Positions 1-13,286 of a stretch of 49,564 bases of DNA are shown piece after piece. The stretch is from Octopus bimaculoides (lineage: Eukaryota): positions 68,006,774 to 68,056,337 of the forward strand of contig NC_068992.1 in the NCBI RefSeq assembly GCF_001194135.2, read 5' to 3'. The stretch's first letter is position 1, and each line of letters opens with the position of its first letter. The position numbers were made by a program, and so were the translations under genes. Below the pieces are notes generated by a model. That model worked only from the letters and a program-made list of their open reading frames with translations, had not been told where the DNA came from and made no database searches.

Positions 1-126
1 ATATACATATACATACGCACACATTCAAATATATAGGTATAGACACATGCGCACACGCACACACAAACATACACACATATACACATATATATGTATATAG
101 ATGAATACTTTCGTACAAACATAGAC

Positions 127-188
<62 letters not shown>
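127..188. repeat. (TAGA)n microsatellite
   Basis: Perfect TAGA run seen directly. Confidence 0.97.
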
Positions 189-1926
189 CTAAGTACATGT
201 ATTTTGAATGCGAGATATTTTGGGCGGATGTGTGTATATACACTCTGGAATTGAATGTATATTCTAGAATCAAAATTCTTAAAGCCATGTTAGATTTTTC
301 TCTCCACTCTTATGGTTCGTCGTTAATCTGTGCTGCTCCGATATTTCTCAGTAAACATCACTTTCAGATATGTGGCATTTGTAATGACGTATCGATTATG
401 TTGTTTTTTTTTTATTTTTGCTTGTATCTGTCACGACAAATTGAAGTTGTGTCTAATGTCTTTTGAGCGTTCGTGGATGGAGTAATATACTTTTTGCCGG
501 ACATAAAGTGCTATGTTGTATTTATTTGATACATCTTAAAAAACTATTATCCTATTCAGACTTTCAGAAATAATTATTAGAAATGTGTGTCTGGCCTATG
601 TTTATATAAGACAAAACATGCTTCGAGGCTATAAGTTATTCTCCTTTCTCTAATGCTTGATAGCTTGGATTTATCGATATAATCTGATGACAGCGAGCCA
701 TCTATCAGCGAAAACGTTTTATCCTCTTTTTTATTTATTATTTTAGCTTTAACTTCCCAGTTATTTTATTTTAGCGGCCGCGTAACCCGAAATATTGCAT
801 TATATCATAGCTTCATTGGCTTTGTGGCTCATGTGTACTTTTATCCACCCTAATTAAGCAGACTTATGATTAAAACGTTCTACTTACAATCAATTGATCT
901 TTTTCTCGTATATTGTAGATAGATACATTCTTAGAGATTCTTTCATACCCATTGTTGAAGATTCTAAATTACATCCTATTCAAGGGAGATTCATTAATAA
1001 ATTTAAGATTTAAATGTATTTGGAATGCAAAAGTTAACATTTGAGTTAAGCCGCAGGTAGAAATATTTCCGTTACCTGTTGTTCATTCTAATTAGTTTCT
1101 TAACGGATACTTATAGAGCAGTAGAAAAATGAATTACCTTTAAATTTCTTCACTAAATCTGCGATGCATGCTAGCGACAAATAAAACTAAATCCTATTCT
1201 TTGCTTCTCTGAGCCAATAATATTTACTTTTGCTTGTGAACACGCGAATCTGTCATTGCTATGATTTATAATCTCATCTTTGAGGTCGAACAAATCAACA
1301 TCTAATTTCATTGTTGCCAGATGCATCTAGTTTTGAGGAATTTCACGTCAGAAATGCCAATGTGATCAAGGAGTTTACTTAGTAATTATGTTCCCTTGCT
1401 TCCCTCCTCCAGCAAATGCCTTCTACCAATAATGTCAGCACGACAAAAGCTTTATCTAGACACGGCTGGCAAATAAATTGCATTGAGAGTATATAATGTT
1501 TGTCGCAATGTGGTGTCATCTTTCTCCTTATGACAGAAATGTCTTACTAACTTACAGTTATCTGCATCATTGTTATGTTTAATTCAGTCTGTCTTTTTTC
1601 TCCACAGTGAAGTATTGTATCGTTCAATACCAATTACATTCATGTGAGCAAAGTTGCTCATAACGGAATGACTTTCTCTGTGGAAGTCCTTGGGTAGAGA
1701 TGCAAAAATGTCTACTTTGTCCTCATAATGTTGTAAATAAGTCATAACTAGTCAATCGTTAATTGCCCTAGTCCCAGTTCAAAATCACCCACCTATTTTC
1801 AAGTAAGCAGATAGTTTCCAGTCTGCTAACTTTTTGCTCAACTGCAACTGTAATCTTTATGCTGCCAACGCCGTTGTCTGCTCACCAAGGAGACATAAAA
1901 CGTCATCAAATTTAGCCCGCACACCC

Positions 1927-1946
1927 TGTGTGTGTGTGTGTGTGTG

Positions 1947-1997
<51 letters not shown>

Positions 1998-2128
1998 TGT
2001 GTGTGTGTGTGTGTGTCTGTGTGTATGTGTCTGTATGTTTGTCTGGTTGTGTATGTATGTGTATGTATGTGTATATATGTGTATGTGTTTCTGTGTTTGT
2101 GTGTGTGTCTGTGTGTGTGAGTGTGTGT
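1927..2128. repeat. (GT)n compound microsatellite
   Basis: Long GT run with interruptions; it explains four spurious ORFs. Confidence 0.97.
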
Positions 2129-2925
2129 ATTGATCAGTATTCAGAAGCATAGAATTACAGGAGTGTTAAAGTGCTAAGCTCCGATACACCTGCCACTTGT
2201 AAACCCGTACATTTCAAGCGAAATGTCATAACAAAAAATATAATGGTGACTGACTAATTATCTCGTCTTATACTTAAATTACGATTAAAACAAAAAAAAA
2301 GTTGGCTGAGATCATACAGCGTCTATCACTTTCATTATTCAATTCCCCTTAACCCATCCTAGGTGTTTGAATCAATCTCTTAACAGAAGAAATTCGATAG
2401 TAAACCAAAATGATGTAACTAATGTTCTTCTTTTCTGTTTTAATAGATTTCTCGGACATCTTTCATTGTATTTAAACTCTTCATTTCCTACTTTGGTACA
2501 ATCAGCTTTTCGGAAAACTTGTCACTGGAATGTTTAATGAGTCATATGCTCATTAGGAATTTTCTCAGACGTCTCGGCTTTTTCAATTAACCGAAATTTG
2601 ATTACTTTTCTCGATTGTAAAATTCATTAATACGTTTGACTTTTCCAGGCAATTGACATTAAAACTTCCCGTATTTTCAGATGTTTAATTTGCTGAAGTT
2701 AATTGTATTGTATAGGATAATATCTAAATTATATTTTAGGAATAAATTCCTCTTTATATGTGTGCGCAGGCGTCTATCTATTTATCTAGGCGTGTGTGTG
2801 TATTCATACATATATATATATATAAGGAATAAAAAATCTCTGAGCGAGATATAAACAATAGCATCACGACATCGTGAGGTACATTAGCCACCTAAATGTG
2901 GCTGACCATATACACTAGCATGTAT

Positions 2926-2946
2926 ATCTATCTATCTATCTATCTA

Positions 2947-3003
<57 letters not shown>

Positions 3004-3432
3004 NNNNNNNNNNNNNNNNNNNNNNNNNNNNNNNNNNNNNNNNNNNNNNNNNNNNNNNNNNNNNNNNNNNNNNNNNNNNNNNNNNNNNNNNNNNNNNNNN
3101 NNNNNNNNNNNNNNNNNNNNNNNNNNNNNNNNNNNNNNNNNNNNNNNNNNNNNNNNNNNNNNNNNNNNNNNNNNNNNNNNNNNNNNNNNNNNNNNNNNNN
3201 NNNNNNNNNNNNNNNNNNNNNNNNNNNNNNNNNNNNNNNNNNNNNNNNNNNNNNNNNNNNNNNNNNNNNNNNNNNNNNNNNNNNNNNNNNNNNNNNNNNN
3301 NNNNNNNNNNNNNNNNNNNNNNNNNNNNNNNNNTATGCATGTGTGTGTGTGTACACGCATAGATGTAAGTATGTACATATACTCATATATATATGCAGAT
3401 ATATTATTTATATTATTATATATAGAGATAGG

Positions 3433-3470
<38 letters not shown>
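2926..3470. repeat. (TATC)n/(TA)n microsatellite, assembly gap 3004-3333, then (TAGA)n
   Basis: Seen directly. Confidence 0.95.
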
Positions 3471-3471
<1 letters not shown>

Positions 3472-3805
3472 GGAGTAAATGCTCACATGAATATTTATAT
3501 ATATACATTTTTATTATTATTATCAACGTTAAATTTAAATAATTGATAAAATAACAACAAAAATATAGAATGTAGCAACCAACAATAGGTTTGAATAGCT
3601 GAAGAAAAATTCATAGTTACAATTACTATAATTACAATAGAGGGTACACGAGGCGCCTACTTGCTAGAAAGAGGAGCTAAATCCTCAAGTAAACCACTGA
3701 ATTACACTGAAAAGAAATTACACTTCAAAAGAAATGATTCTGTGTCAGATTACCCCGTATTCACTTGGCTAGAAATAACAGCAAAATATCTCTCACATAA
3801 TTCCA

Positions 3806-3838
3806 TCTTCAGAAGAAAGGACTTATTGCATAACAGGG

Positions 3839-3900
<62 letters not shown>

Positions 3901-3920
3901 ATACATACATTACGTATGTA
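3806..3920 (+). repeat. Dispersed duplication copy 1 carrying a (CT)n tract
   Basis: tcttcagaagaaaggacttattg(c/t)ataacagggtttt-(CT)n-tacattacgtatgta recurs at 4727-4836. Confidence 0.9.
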
Positions 3921-4726
3921 AATGTGTAAGAACGAATATTTGCATACATCAATTTACCCTACTTGAGTAAAAGCATAGGAGGGTGATGATGAGGAGGACT
4001 GGCTTCTAAGCTTCTTCATAAATAAAAAAAATAATAACAAAATCTTTACAGAATTTCACTCATACAATGATAATGAAAATGATTATAATGAACCAGAGAT
4101 TAGCAATCTTTTTATGGATTTTTGAAGTAGTAACAAAGAATTATGGTGGTGGCAAATATGGTTTGTAAAGATGCTAATAGCAGCTGCAATATTCTTTCTT
4201 CCTTTATGATGTCTGTTTATTCTGTTTAATCTGTTGACTGGCTCCTTGCTTTGGTTTCTCGGATACTTAATACCTTCACAGACAATCTCTGGATTGATTT
4301 TATAATATAAACACAATAAATACTCGGTGTTGAGAGGTTAAATAAATGTTTAGAATAACATACATCGCTTCTAGTGAATACATATCACTTCCTTCCGACG
4401 TGAATTTATTGAAGTTTCTTAGCCATTACAAAAGTATCCATGTAACGTATCGTAGCGTATTTCAGAAGAAGCGTGATAAAAATATGGAAACACATTATAT
4501 TTCTTTATATCCAGACTCTCAGTTCAATCTATGAGATAAATGAATATCAAAAGCTGATTGATTCAGCCATTAAACAAACAATCCGCGTATTGACAGAAGC
4601 AGGGCATTATAGTCCTTAAATTAATTTAGATTTTGGTCTTGAACTTCGTTAAGTGATGTTCCGACAGAAAATTATAATCTCCAGAAGAGCAACAACATTT
4701 TGTCGATTCAGGATTTAGTGCAATTT

Positions 4727-4761
4727 TCTTCAGAAGAAAGGACTTATTGTATAACAGGGTT

Positions 4762-4799
<38 letters not shown>

Positions 4800-4836
4800 C
4801 TCATTCTCTCTCTCCATATATACATTACGTATGTAA
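4727..4836 (+). repeat. Dispersed duplication copy 2 carrying a (CT)n tract
   Basis: Both flanks of the microsatellite match 3806-3920. Confidence 0.9.
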
Positions 4837-5092
4837 TGTATATATGGAATGTATAACTGCTCGACTTAATTTTCACTGTTCATAATCGGTTAAGTACCTC
4901 TCTGCTCAATATTTTACTATAGATTTTAAGTTTTAAGCTTCTTCCTTACGCAGAAGAAACAGCATCTTCATTTTACAGTAACCATCAGCTCACAGTTTAT
5001 AATTGAGGACAAATACATATGTGTTCAGTTTTGCAAACTGATTTCTGCCGATTAAATACATACAAATATATGCAGCTCTGCGTACTCACGCT

Positions 5093-5159
<67 letters not shown>

Positions 5160-6271
5160 CACATTGTATTTGAAATTCACATCTTTTGTAGACAGATCTT
5201 ACGTCTGATATGTGGCAATATATTTCTTAACAACTCCCTGTGACAGTCACCACATGATGACATTGGATCCAACTTCCATATAAGAAACAGCTAAAGTAAT
5301 CGAAACAGAAACAAAACTTCTAAAATATTTGAAGACTGTCATGGAGGAATTGCAATGGCTAAATCTGCATTCTAAACCAGTAACATTTTTTTCTCCAAGA
5401 TCAAAAGATACATCAGCTCTATCAAACTTTACACTATATATAATACATAGTTTCCATAGGAAGTGGAAACCTGCGTAGGAATGTACAACAAAATATACGA
5501 AACAAAGTAACCCAGGTCATATAGCTATGAAGAATATCCAGTTGAATCACTATCACTCATCAAAATTTATCTGTCATAAACAAAACTTATATTATCGCTT
5601 CCCCACAGAGATTACTTCAACCCTATCTCCGAACTACGAATTAACATCCTCACTAACCAACGACATACTTCTATTTATTTGTTTCACTAAATAAATGCTA
5701 TTTTAAAGATAAACGAATACATTGCTCCACGGACGACAAATTCACTGGATATCACTAATTTTCATTTACTTTTTAGGGAAAATAATTCACAGGATTTTCC
5801 ATTAAGCAGCAAATACCAGTTCGTTTCACGAATCTTCGAAAGCTTGTAAACTTATATAAGATTCGGTTAACAGCAAGGAAACAATAATACAAACAGGAGA
5901 ACGATATTGCATTCTCATTGCGGAAATTGACTATTTGCATCAAGGAATTCTAGATGAATGCACATTATTGGCCGACGAAACCTCTATAAGAATGAATTAT
6001 TCGATAAAATAGGTTGATAAATAGATTTACAAATGTGCGGTATCAATCGATTGAAACGTATAGTTCATGGTCAGAGACCATCATACGCACACATACATTA
6101 CACGCATGCATCGTCGCATGCACACACCTTCACGTATATATGCACATGTGTGAATGTGTGAAGTTGATGCTCCAGGAATCTCATGTGTATAAATAACTAA
6201 AATAAACAGCTGAGGAGTATAAACTGTATGTTGAATATCCTTCTCCCTCTCTTTGTTTATTTTATACTCAG

Positions 6272-6441
6272 TATGTATGTATGCATGTATGTATGCATGT
6301 ATCTATCTATCTATCTATCTATCTATCTGTCTGTCTGTCTGTCTGTATGTCTATCTATCTATATTTCTCGCTATATATATGCAGTATATAGGATATCATA
6401 TATGTGTGCGTGCGTGTGTGTGTGTGTGTGTATGCGTGTAT

Positions 6442-6488
<47 letters not shown>

Positions 6489-7082
6489 ATGGAGATGTGT
6501 CTACGTCTGCGAGGGGGAGATAGGTTGTATGTGCTTGTGTATAAATGCGGCCGATGACAAGAAGCTTCATTGCTTGACAGGATTTTAAAAACCTAACTCC
6601 AATATCATNNNNNNNNNNNNNNNNNNNNNNNNNNNNNNNNNNNNNNNNNNNNNNNNNNNNNNNNNNNNNNNNNNNNNNNNNNNNNNNNNNNNNNNNNNNN
6701 NNNNNNNNNNNNNNNNNNNNNNNNNNNNNNNNNNNNNNNNNNNNNNNNNNNNNNNNNNNNNNNNNNNNNNNNNNNNNNNNNNNNNNNNNNNNNNNNNNNN
6801 NNNNNNNNNNNNNNNNNNNNNNNNNNNNNNNNNNNNNNNNNNNNNNNNNNNNNNNNNNNNNNNNNNNNNNNNNNNNNNNNNNNNNNNNNNNNNNNNNNNN
6901 NNNNNNNNNNNNNNNNNNNNNNNNNNNNNNNNNNNNNNNNNNNNNNNNNNNNNNNNNNNNNNNNNNNNNNNNNNNNNNNNNNNNNNNNNNNNNNNNNNNN
7001 NNNNNNNNNNNNNNNNNNNNNNNNNNNNNNNNNNNNNNNNNNNNNNNNNNNNNNNNNNNNNNNNNNNNNNNNNNNNNNNNNN

Positions 7083-7151
<69 letters not shown>

Positions 7152-7165
7152 CATGTATGTATGTA
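6272..7165. repeat. Compound microsatellite (TATG/TATC/TGTC/TG), gap 6609-7082, then (AT)n(GT)n
   Basis: Seen directly. Confidence 0.9.
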
Positions 7166-8510
7166 TAACTAAGTAATGCGTAAATAAGAAATCTTCATCA
7201 ACAAAAGACAGACGAAAAGATTTGCAGACAAAATCTGGAAAAAAAGTTTAGGCTAAACATTAATAACATATAACAAAACCCTACGGAGAAGCAAAACGAC
7301 AAAGTTTGACGTTAAACACGATAACATTAGTTGAAACACAACACCCACTCAAATGGAAAGAAAACAGTGTAGGATTGGTAAAGCGAAGACACAAAATAGG
7401 AAAAAAACTGAAATACAGGAGAGAAAAAAAAGAAACTAATATTAAATAAAAACATTATTTCAATAGGAAGTATCGACCACATCTTATATTCAACAACAAC
7501 ACAGAGATTATTAAAGCAATGTTGAAAAATCTCTTCTTAAATAGGCCAACCCTTTAAATATACATACCAGTATATGAATACACATACATATATTACTACA
7601 CACGTATTCACATACATATTTGTGCCGATTTACGTGTGTCACCGATAAATGTATATTTATNNNNNNNNNNTAATATATATATATACATAAATACAAATAT
7701 ATATCATATAGTGTGTGTGTATCTGCATATATGTAAGTATAATGTGCATAAATGTGTGTATGCTCGCGTGCGCGTGTTTTATAGAATGGTCACACTTCAC
7801 AAATCGCCTTTACTAATACTCAGCTTGTTATGAATAATTGGAGCATCCGGTTTCTATATAATGAACATACATTAAATAAATTTGAATATTATAGGAAATT
7901 AAATCAAAATGTTACTATGAGTTACTTTAGAGAGATTAGCGTATGTTTCGCCAACAGTGATGTAAATGCAGTGATGGACAGAAGCAATATGGTGAATATG
8001 TAAACATATAGGTTTGTAGAATATTTCAGTAACAATGGAATACATATAATTTCTCACGTAAACAATGTTTGCAGTAATTCGAACAAAGAGTCAATGTACG
8101 TAAATATTGCTACAACAATTAAATTATTAATGAACCTGATCCTCCTTCCTTCGTCAGTCATGTCGGTAGAGATTTGTCTCAAATTTATTTTCAAAAACAA
8201 GTTATTATTGACATTATTTCTTGTTTCTATGAGACGACGGGCAAAAACAACTAAAATCACAACAGACAATAATACAGAAATTTAAAATCACTTTTTAGAC
8301 ACCTAATTACTATGAATAATCTCCGTAGGCATTTTATTGTTCTTTTTAATACACACATAATTCTTAATAACCATTTTAATGACAACTGTATTGTTCTCTA
8401 AAATCAGAACTGTCGTCATTATATTCAATGCCAAACATTTACCAATGCTTCCAAAATACATGACAATTTCTGAAATTTCATTTTCTAACACACACGCACG
8501 CACGCACGCA

Positions 8511-8566
<56 letters not shown>

Positions 8567-9414
8567 NNNNNNNNNNNNNNNNNNNNNNNNNNNNNNNNNN
8601 NNNNNNNNNNNNNNNNNNNNNNNNNNNNNNNNNNNNNNNNNNNNNNNNNNNNNNNNNNNNNNNNNNNNNNNNNNNNNNNNNNNNNNNNNNNNNNNNNNNN
8701 NNNNNNNNNNNNNNNNNNNNNNNNNNNNNNNNNNNNNNNNNNNNNNNNNNNNNNNNNNNNNNNNNNNNNNNNNNNNNNNNNNNNNNNNNNNNNNNNNNNN
8801 NNNNNNNNNNNNNNNNNNNNNNNNNNNNNNNNNNNNNNNNNNNNNNNNNNNNNNNNNNNNNNNTATATATATATACATAGTTGAAATTTACAGTAAAACA
8901 AAATATGAAGACAGGTGTATAAACAACAAGCAGGTGTATTTGTTTGTCGCTCGTGGGTGTGAGTTTGTGTGATCTACCTATGGTTGGACAGAATGCAGTT
9001 GGTGGCTTGCTCACTAGATAATAGGGTTAGAATCTTTAGTTATACTCTACCTAGACTGCAAAGATCTTGCCCAACCACGTGGTCCGAGAAAAACTGATTG
9101 GGATTTCTATTTGCTGTTGCTAATATTTCAATACCCATATCAACAGCTAAATGTGGCCCGTCTTGTTTGATAGCAGTCCAATTTCCAGTAGCCATCTTGA
9201 ACTCTGACTAATTCTACATTCGGCGGTCTAAGCCTGAGGAGCTAGGTTCGTTGTTGGAGCCTACAAAACTTTAAGCTGCATGGAGCCAAAGCAAACTCTG
9301 ATTGAATTATAATATATTCAACTTCTACCAAATTTGTTAAGTGCATCTTTCTCTCGCTTGAGAAGGCTCCCTGCCTTAAAGTTACATTGTCGTCTTGAAC
9401 GATCCTGGCACGTC

Positions 9415-9550
9415 AGGTGCCGGCGTGGTTGTGTAGTAATAAGTTTTCTCATAATGACATGGTTCCAAGCGCAGTCCCACTGCCTATCATCTGGGGCAAG
9501 TATATTCTACTCTGGCCGACCAAAGCCTTGTGAATGGAAAGAAGTTCGTC

Positions 9551-9583
<33 letters not shown>

Positions 9584-9794
9584 AGTGGGTGTGTCTGTGT
9601 TTTTCCTTCACCGCCTCTTGACAACTGGTGTTGGTACGTTTAAGTCTGTAACTTAGCAGTTCGGTAGAATAAGTACCAGGCTTTAAAAAATTAAGTCCTG
9701 AGATCGATTCATTCGACTACATCTCTTCAAGAGTAGCCCCAACATGGCCGCAGTCTAATGACTGAAACAAGTAAAAGATGGACGATAAAAGATG
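9415..9794 (+). mobile_element. tRNA-derived SINE, family A (internal (GT)n, GTAAAAGA-type tail)
   Basis: Head ggcgtggttgtgtagtaa, segment ggggcaagtat, body ggccgaccaaagccttgtga and aacatggccgcagtc..gactgaaacaagtaaaaga. Homologous to 28156-28570 and 15430-15612. Confidence 0.85.
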
Positions 9795-10314
9795 TGTGTG
9801 AAAGAATTTCATATGTTGGAGATAACAATGTTTAAAAAGAATTTCTTTTTCTATTCCTGCTAAAAGAATATGAATCTTTACAAATATGTTTGAATTAACA
9901 GCTTAGAAATGATTTGTTATAGAAATAAAGTTTTAACTGAGCGGTTGGCTAGCATCAGAAAGTCTATAAGGACACGGTGTTGAGGAAGAATGACCAGAAG
10001 AATATGATGTGCGTATAATTTGTGTATTTAAAGAGTAAAAATATTTCTCAAAATTCCCTTTCGCAATGTTTCTGTGCGTAGAATGCAAGGTGCATAGTTC
10101 ATTGATCGAACTCATAACAAACTCATTACAAACGGAAGCTCAGCCATTGTTCGGATAATGTAAGAAAAGGGAACATTTCATCCCTTGAAATATTTTCTAA
10201 CAATTTTATATATTTTCCTATTTAAAGCGGTTAGAAAGAGAATTTTATTGGAAGTCTCAAAATGAAATGAACATAATTTTCATTTACAAATGATATTTTT
10301 AGATTAAGCTTCTG

Positions 10315-10529
10315 GTTTCAAATTTTGGCACAAGGCCAGCAATTTGAGGTAAGGAGTTAGTTGATTACAGTGACTCCTAGTACTCAATTGGTACTTGTTT
10401 TATCGACCCCGAAAGGATGAAAGGCAATATTGACCTCGGCAGAATTTTAATTCAGAATGTAAAGAGCCGGAAGAAATGACGCTAAGCATTTTGTCCGTTG
10501 CACTGACGATTCTGCCAGCTCACTGCCTT
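10315..10529 (-). mobile_element. tRNA-derived SINE, family B, with target-site duplication
   Basis: Reverse complement of the family-B head (aaggcagtgagctggcagaatcgt) and body (ctttcatcctttcggggtcgataaaac). Flanked by the direct repeat ttaagcttctg at 10304-10314 and 10528-10538. Confidence 0.9.
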
Positions 10530-12725
10530 AAGCTTCTGAAAATATTAGTCGACATTACGTTACACGGTATCTATGTTTCTCACTCATTATGTTTCGATTG
10601 ATATGACTCTTGAAGTATTTGAGGTTGTTTAATACGTTTCCAATCAATCTCTCCAACGACAAATAGGTGTTTCACACAATGGACTCTTTGGAAAATTATA
10701 ATTTGTTCACTTTTCTTATGTTTTTTTTTTAATAATTCTTTATTACTAGCGAGAGATTAGATCCTTTTATTTTATTGGTCAATACGAAGATATGTTGAGC
10801 AGCACCTTATTTCTGATACGTGTATTTTATTGACTTTTGCAAAAGGATTTGAAATTCGAAACTTGATTAGATGGAATATGCTTTGAAAAATTATTTATTT
10901 GACTTCACTAATGACCAGATACGGCAATAATTATTGCACGATGAAGAGATTCGAATATAAAAGCTGACAGACTTTATAGCATCAAATGCCAAGGAATACA
11001 TTATTACTAAATATTTTAGCTAACGAAATTGCAGATCTTGATAATATCCACAAGATCTTAAAACTATTTCAAGTTAAAGTTAACTTTCCAATAATACAAA
11101 GTCTTGAAGTATAGAAATAATCGCTGGAATGAAACACAGAAGCACTAAAATAACGTGGTTAAGTTCTGTCTAGAAAGAAAACATAAAGGCGACCTAAAAA
11201 CAAAATTACTTCAATCATATAAAGAAAGCTATTGAAGTAAGCTACTCTAATGTGAAATACAACACATTAGTATGACAGAAAAAAAATATCGATATTAATG
11301 TAGGATATTATCACATTAACATACCTATTATCATTCAACTATTATATGTTTCCGTTTAAGAAAGAATATCTGATGGGGGTGGGGGGGTCTTGTCATAATA
11401 GACATCCTAAAGATAGTTAGAAAGCAGAACTTAAAAAGAAAAAAGGCTCGGTAAGATATGAACAACAATACGACTTCATAAATCTGTTACAAGCAATCAC
11501 AAATATCTCTTAGGAATAAAAACACAGAATACAAATATGAGTAGAAGATCTAGAACGAATTGTGAAAGAAATATTATTCTCTCCTGTGACATCAAAGACT
11601 AATTTTATTGCTTGGAAACGTAATTAACGTTTAAATGTTAAGGACTAAGGAGTAATATATTGTATATATACAGAATGAGAACATCTACGTGTACACACAC
11701 ACACTTATATATATATATAACATACACATATATATNNNNNNNNNNNNNNNNNNNNNNNNNNNNNNNNNNNNNNNNNNNNNNNNNNNNNNNNNNNNNNNNN
11801 NNNNNNNNNNNNNNNNNNNNNNNNNNNNNNNNNNNNNNNNNNNNNNNNNNNNNNNNNNNNNNNNNNNNNNNNNNNNNNNNNNNNNNNNNNNNNNNNNNNN
11901 NNNNNNNNNNNNNNNNNNNNNNNNNNNNNNNNNNNNNNNNNNNNNNNNNNNNNNNNNNNNNNNNNNNNNNNNNNNNNNNNNNNNNNNNNNNNNNNNNNNN
12001 NNNNNNNNNNNNNNNNNNNNNNNNNNNNNNNNNNNNNNNNNNNNNNNNNNNNNNNNNNNNNNNNNNNNNNNNNNNNNNNNNNNNNNNNNNNNNNNNNNNN
12101 NNNNNNNNATATATATACAATTAAGATTCAACTGAATTAGGTACTTAAGTTAAAGCCATATCAGGTGATTATCAAACTCTGTGCAGGAGTACCTGCACTT
12201 CTTCTTGCAGTGTATGCAGACAACAGGACTCAACTTAGTGGGGATGTCCACTCGTGGTTGTTTAGACATGTACTTTATATAAAAAATATTTTCTATAATA
12301 TTTCCGAAGTGCAGAATCCAAGGTAGGTGAATAATATATAAATATAAAAATGGAACAAAAACGCAATAGAGGACAATAAAACATTCGGACAAATAGACGA
12401 TACAAAGGCAGACAAGAGAAACAACAATTAGAAGGACAGGCAAAAAAAGTTAAGCGCCAGACGTCAGGACCATTTCAGGCAGTTACATTTGAGATGGTTC
12501 GATCTGGTTGCCCCACCGAGTAGTCTAAGCTAAGAGCATTAAACCCCTTTGTAAGAAAGCTAGCGAATGTGTACAGCAACAAAGACAAACAAAAACGGAA
12601 AATATGGTACACAATTACGAATACAAATAACAAGAAATAAGAACAGGTGTCTATGAATAAATAATCGATTATCTTAAGAACTTCATCATTAGCGTACAGC
12701 TGTTTCTCATTCATATTTGAATATA

Positions 12726-12900
12726 TATGGTCCACTAGTCTTGCCAAGCTGGAGGGGGAAAGATTCGCTCCATTACTCAAAATATATCGGACAGAGATTG
12801 TGACATTAATCGGCTGGAATGGACGTTTGCCTGGGGCTAAAATGTAGTAACACAGTTCTATATAGAACTGCCATGTGATAGTGGCAAAAAACATGTTACC
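12726..12900. repeat. 175-bp direct repeat copy 1
   Basis: Colinear with 13067-13241 at offset 341. Confidence 0.9.
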
Positions 12901-13066
12901 GTCTAGTATTGGCACAACTTATATCTCGTTCAGAGATTTTAAAACTAGTTACTTTGCTCGATACGAGATTAGCATCTGTCTGCCACTTCTCTGTGAGTTG
13001 GGATGATTGACCGCCATCTCTAGCAGGCAGGTACCCAGTGCCGATGACAGGTAAAGGCCCAGAAAC

Positions 13067-13241
13067 TATGGTCTACTGGTCTTGCCAAGATGGAGGGGAG
13101 GGATTCGCTCACTTAATCAAAATATATCAGACACAGGTTGTGTGTCATTAATCGGCTGGTAAAGACGTTTTCCTAAGGTAAAAATGTAGTAACATAGTTC
13201 TGTACTGAACAGCCACGTTATAGTAGCAAAAAAATGTTACC
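13067..13241. repeat. 175-bp direct repeat copy 2
   Basis: Shared blocks include gtcttgccaag, gattcgctc, tcaaaatatatc, cattaatcggctgg, aaaatgtagtaaca and atgttacc. Confidence 0.9.
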
Positions 13242-13242
13242 T

Positions 13243-13286
<44 letters not shown>

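Noticed and set aside
684-722. CTGATGA..GAAA followed by the palindrome AAAACGTTTT, resembling a third hammerhead
   Set aside because: Stem II has only about 2 bp and stem I is not adjacent to the core; this is chance level for a 50-kb window.
1608-1643. 36-nt exon candidate after ttttttctccacAG
   Set aside because: Too short to evaluate, and the donor GTGAGC is only moderate.
5260-5680. Possible L2/CR1-like LINE C-terminus (MEELQWLNLHSK)
   Set aside because: Only one short motif resembles the family; insufficient without a search.
6551-6582. CCGATGA-CAAG..CTTG-ACAGG hammerhead-like start
   Set aside because: It has GACA instead of GAAA, and no stem III or stem I.
12475-12915. 146-aa minus-strand ORF
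   Set aside because: No recognisable domain; it overlaps a repeat whose second copy has a stop in the same frame.
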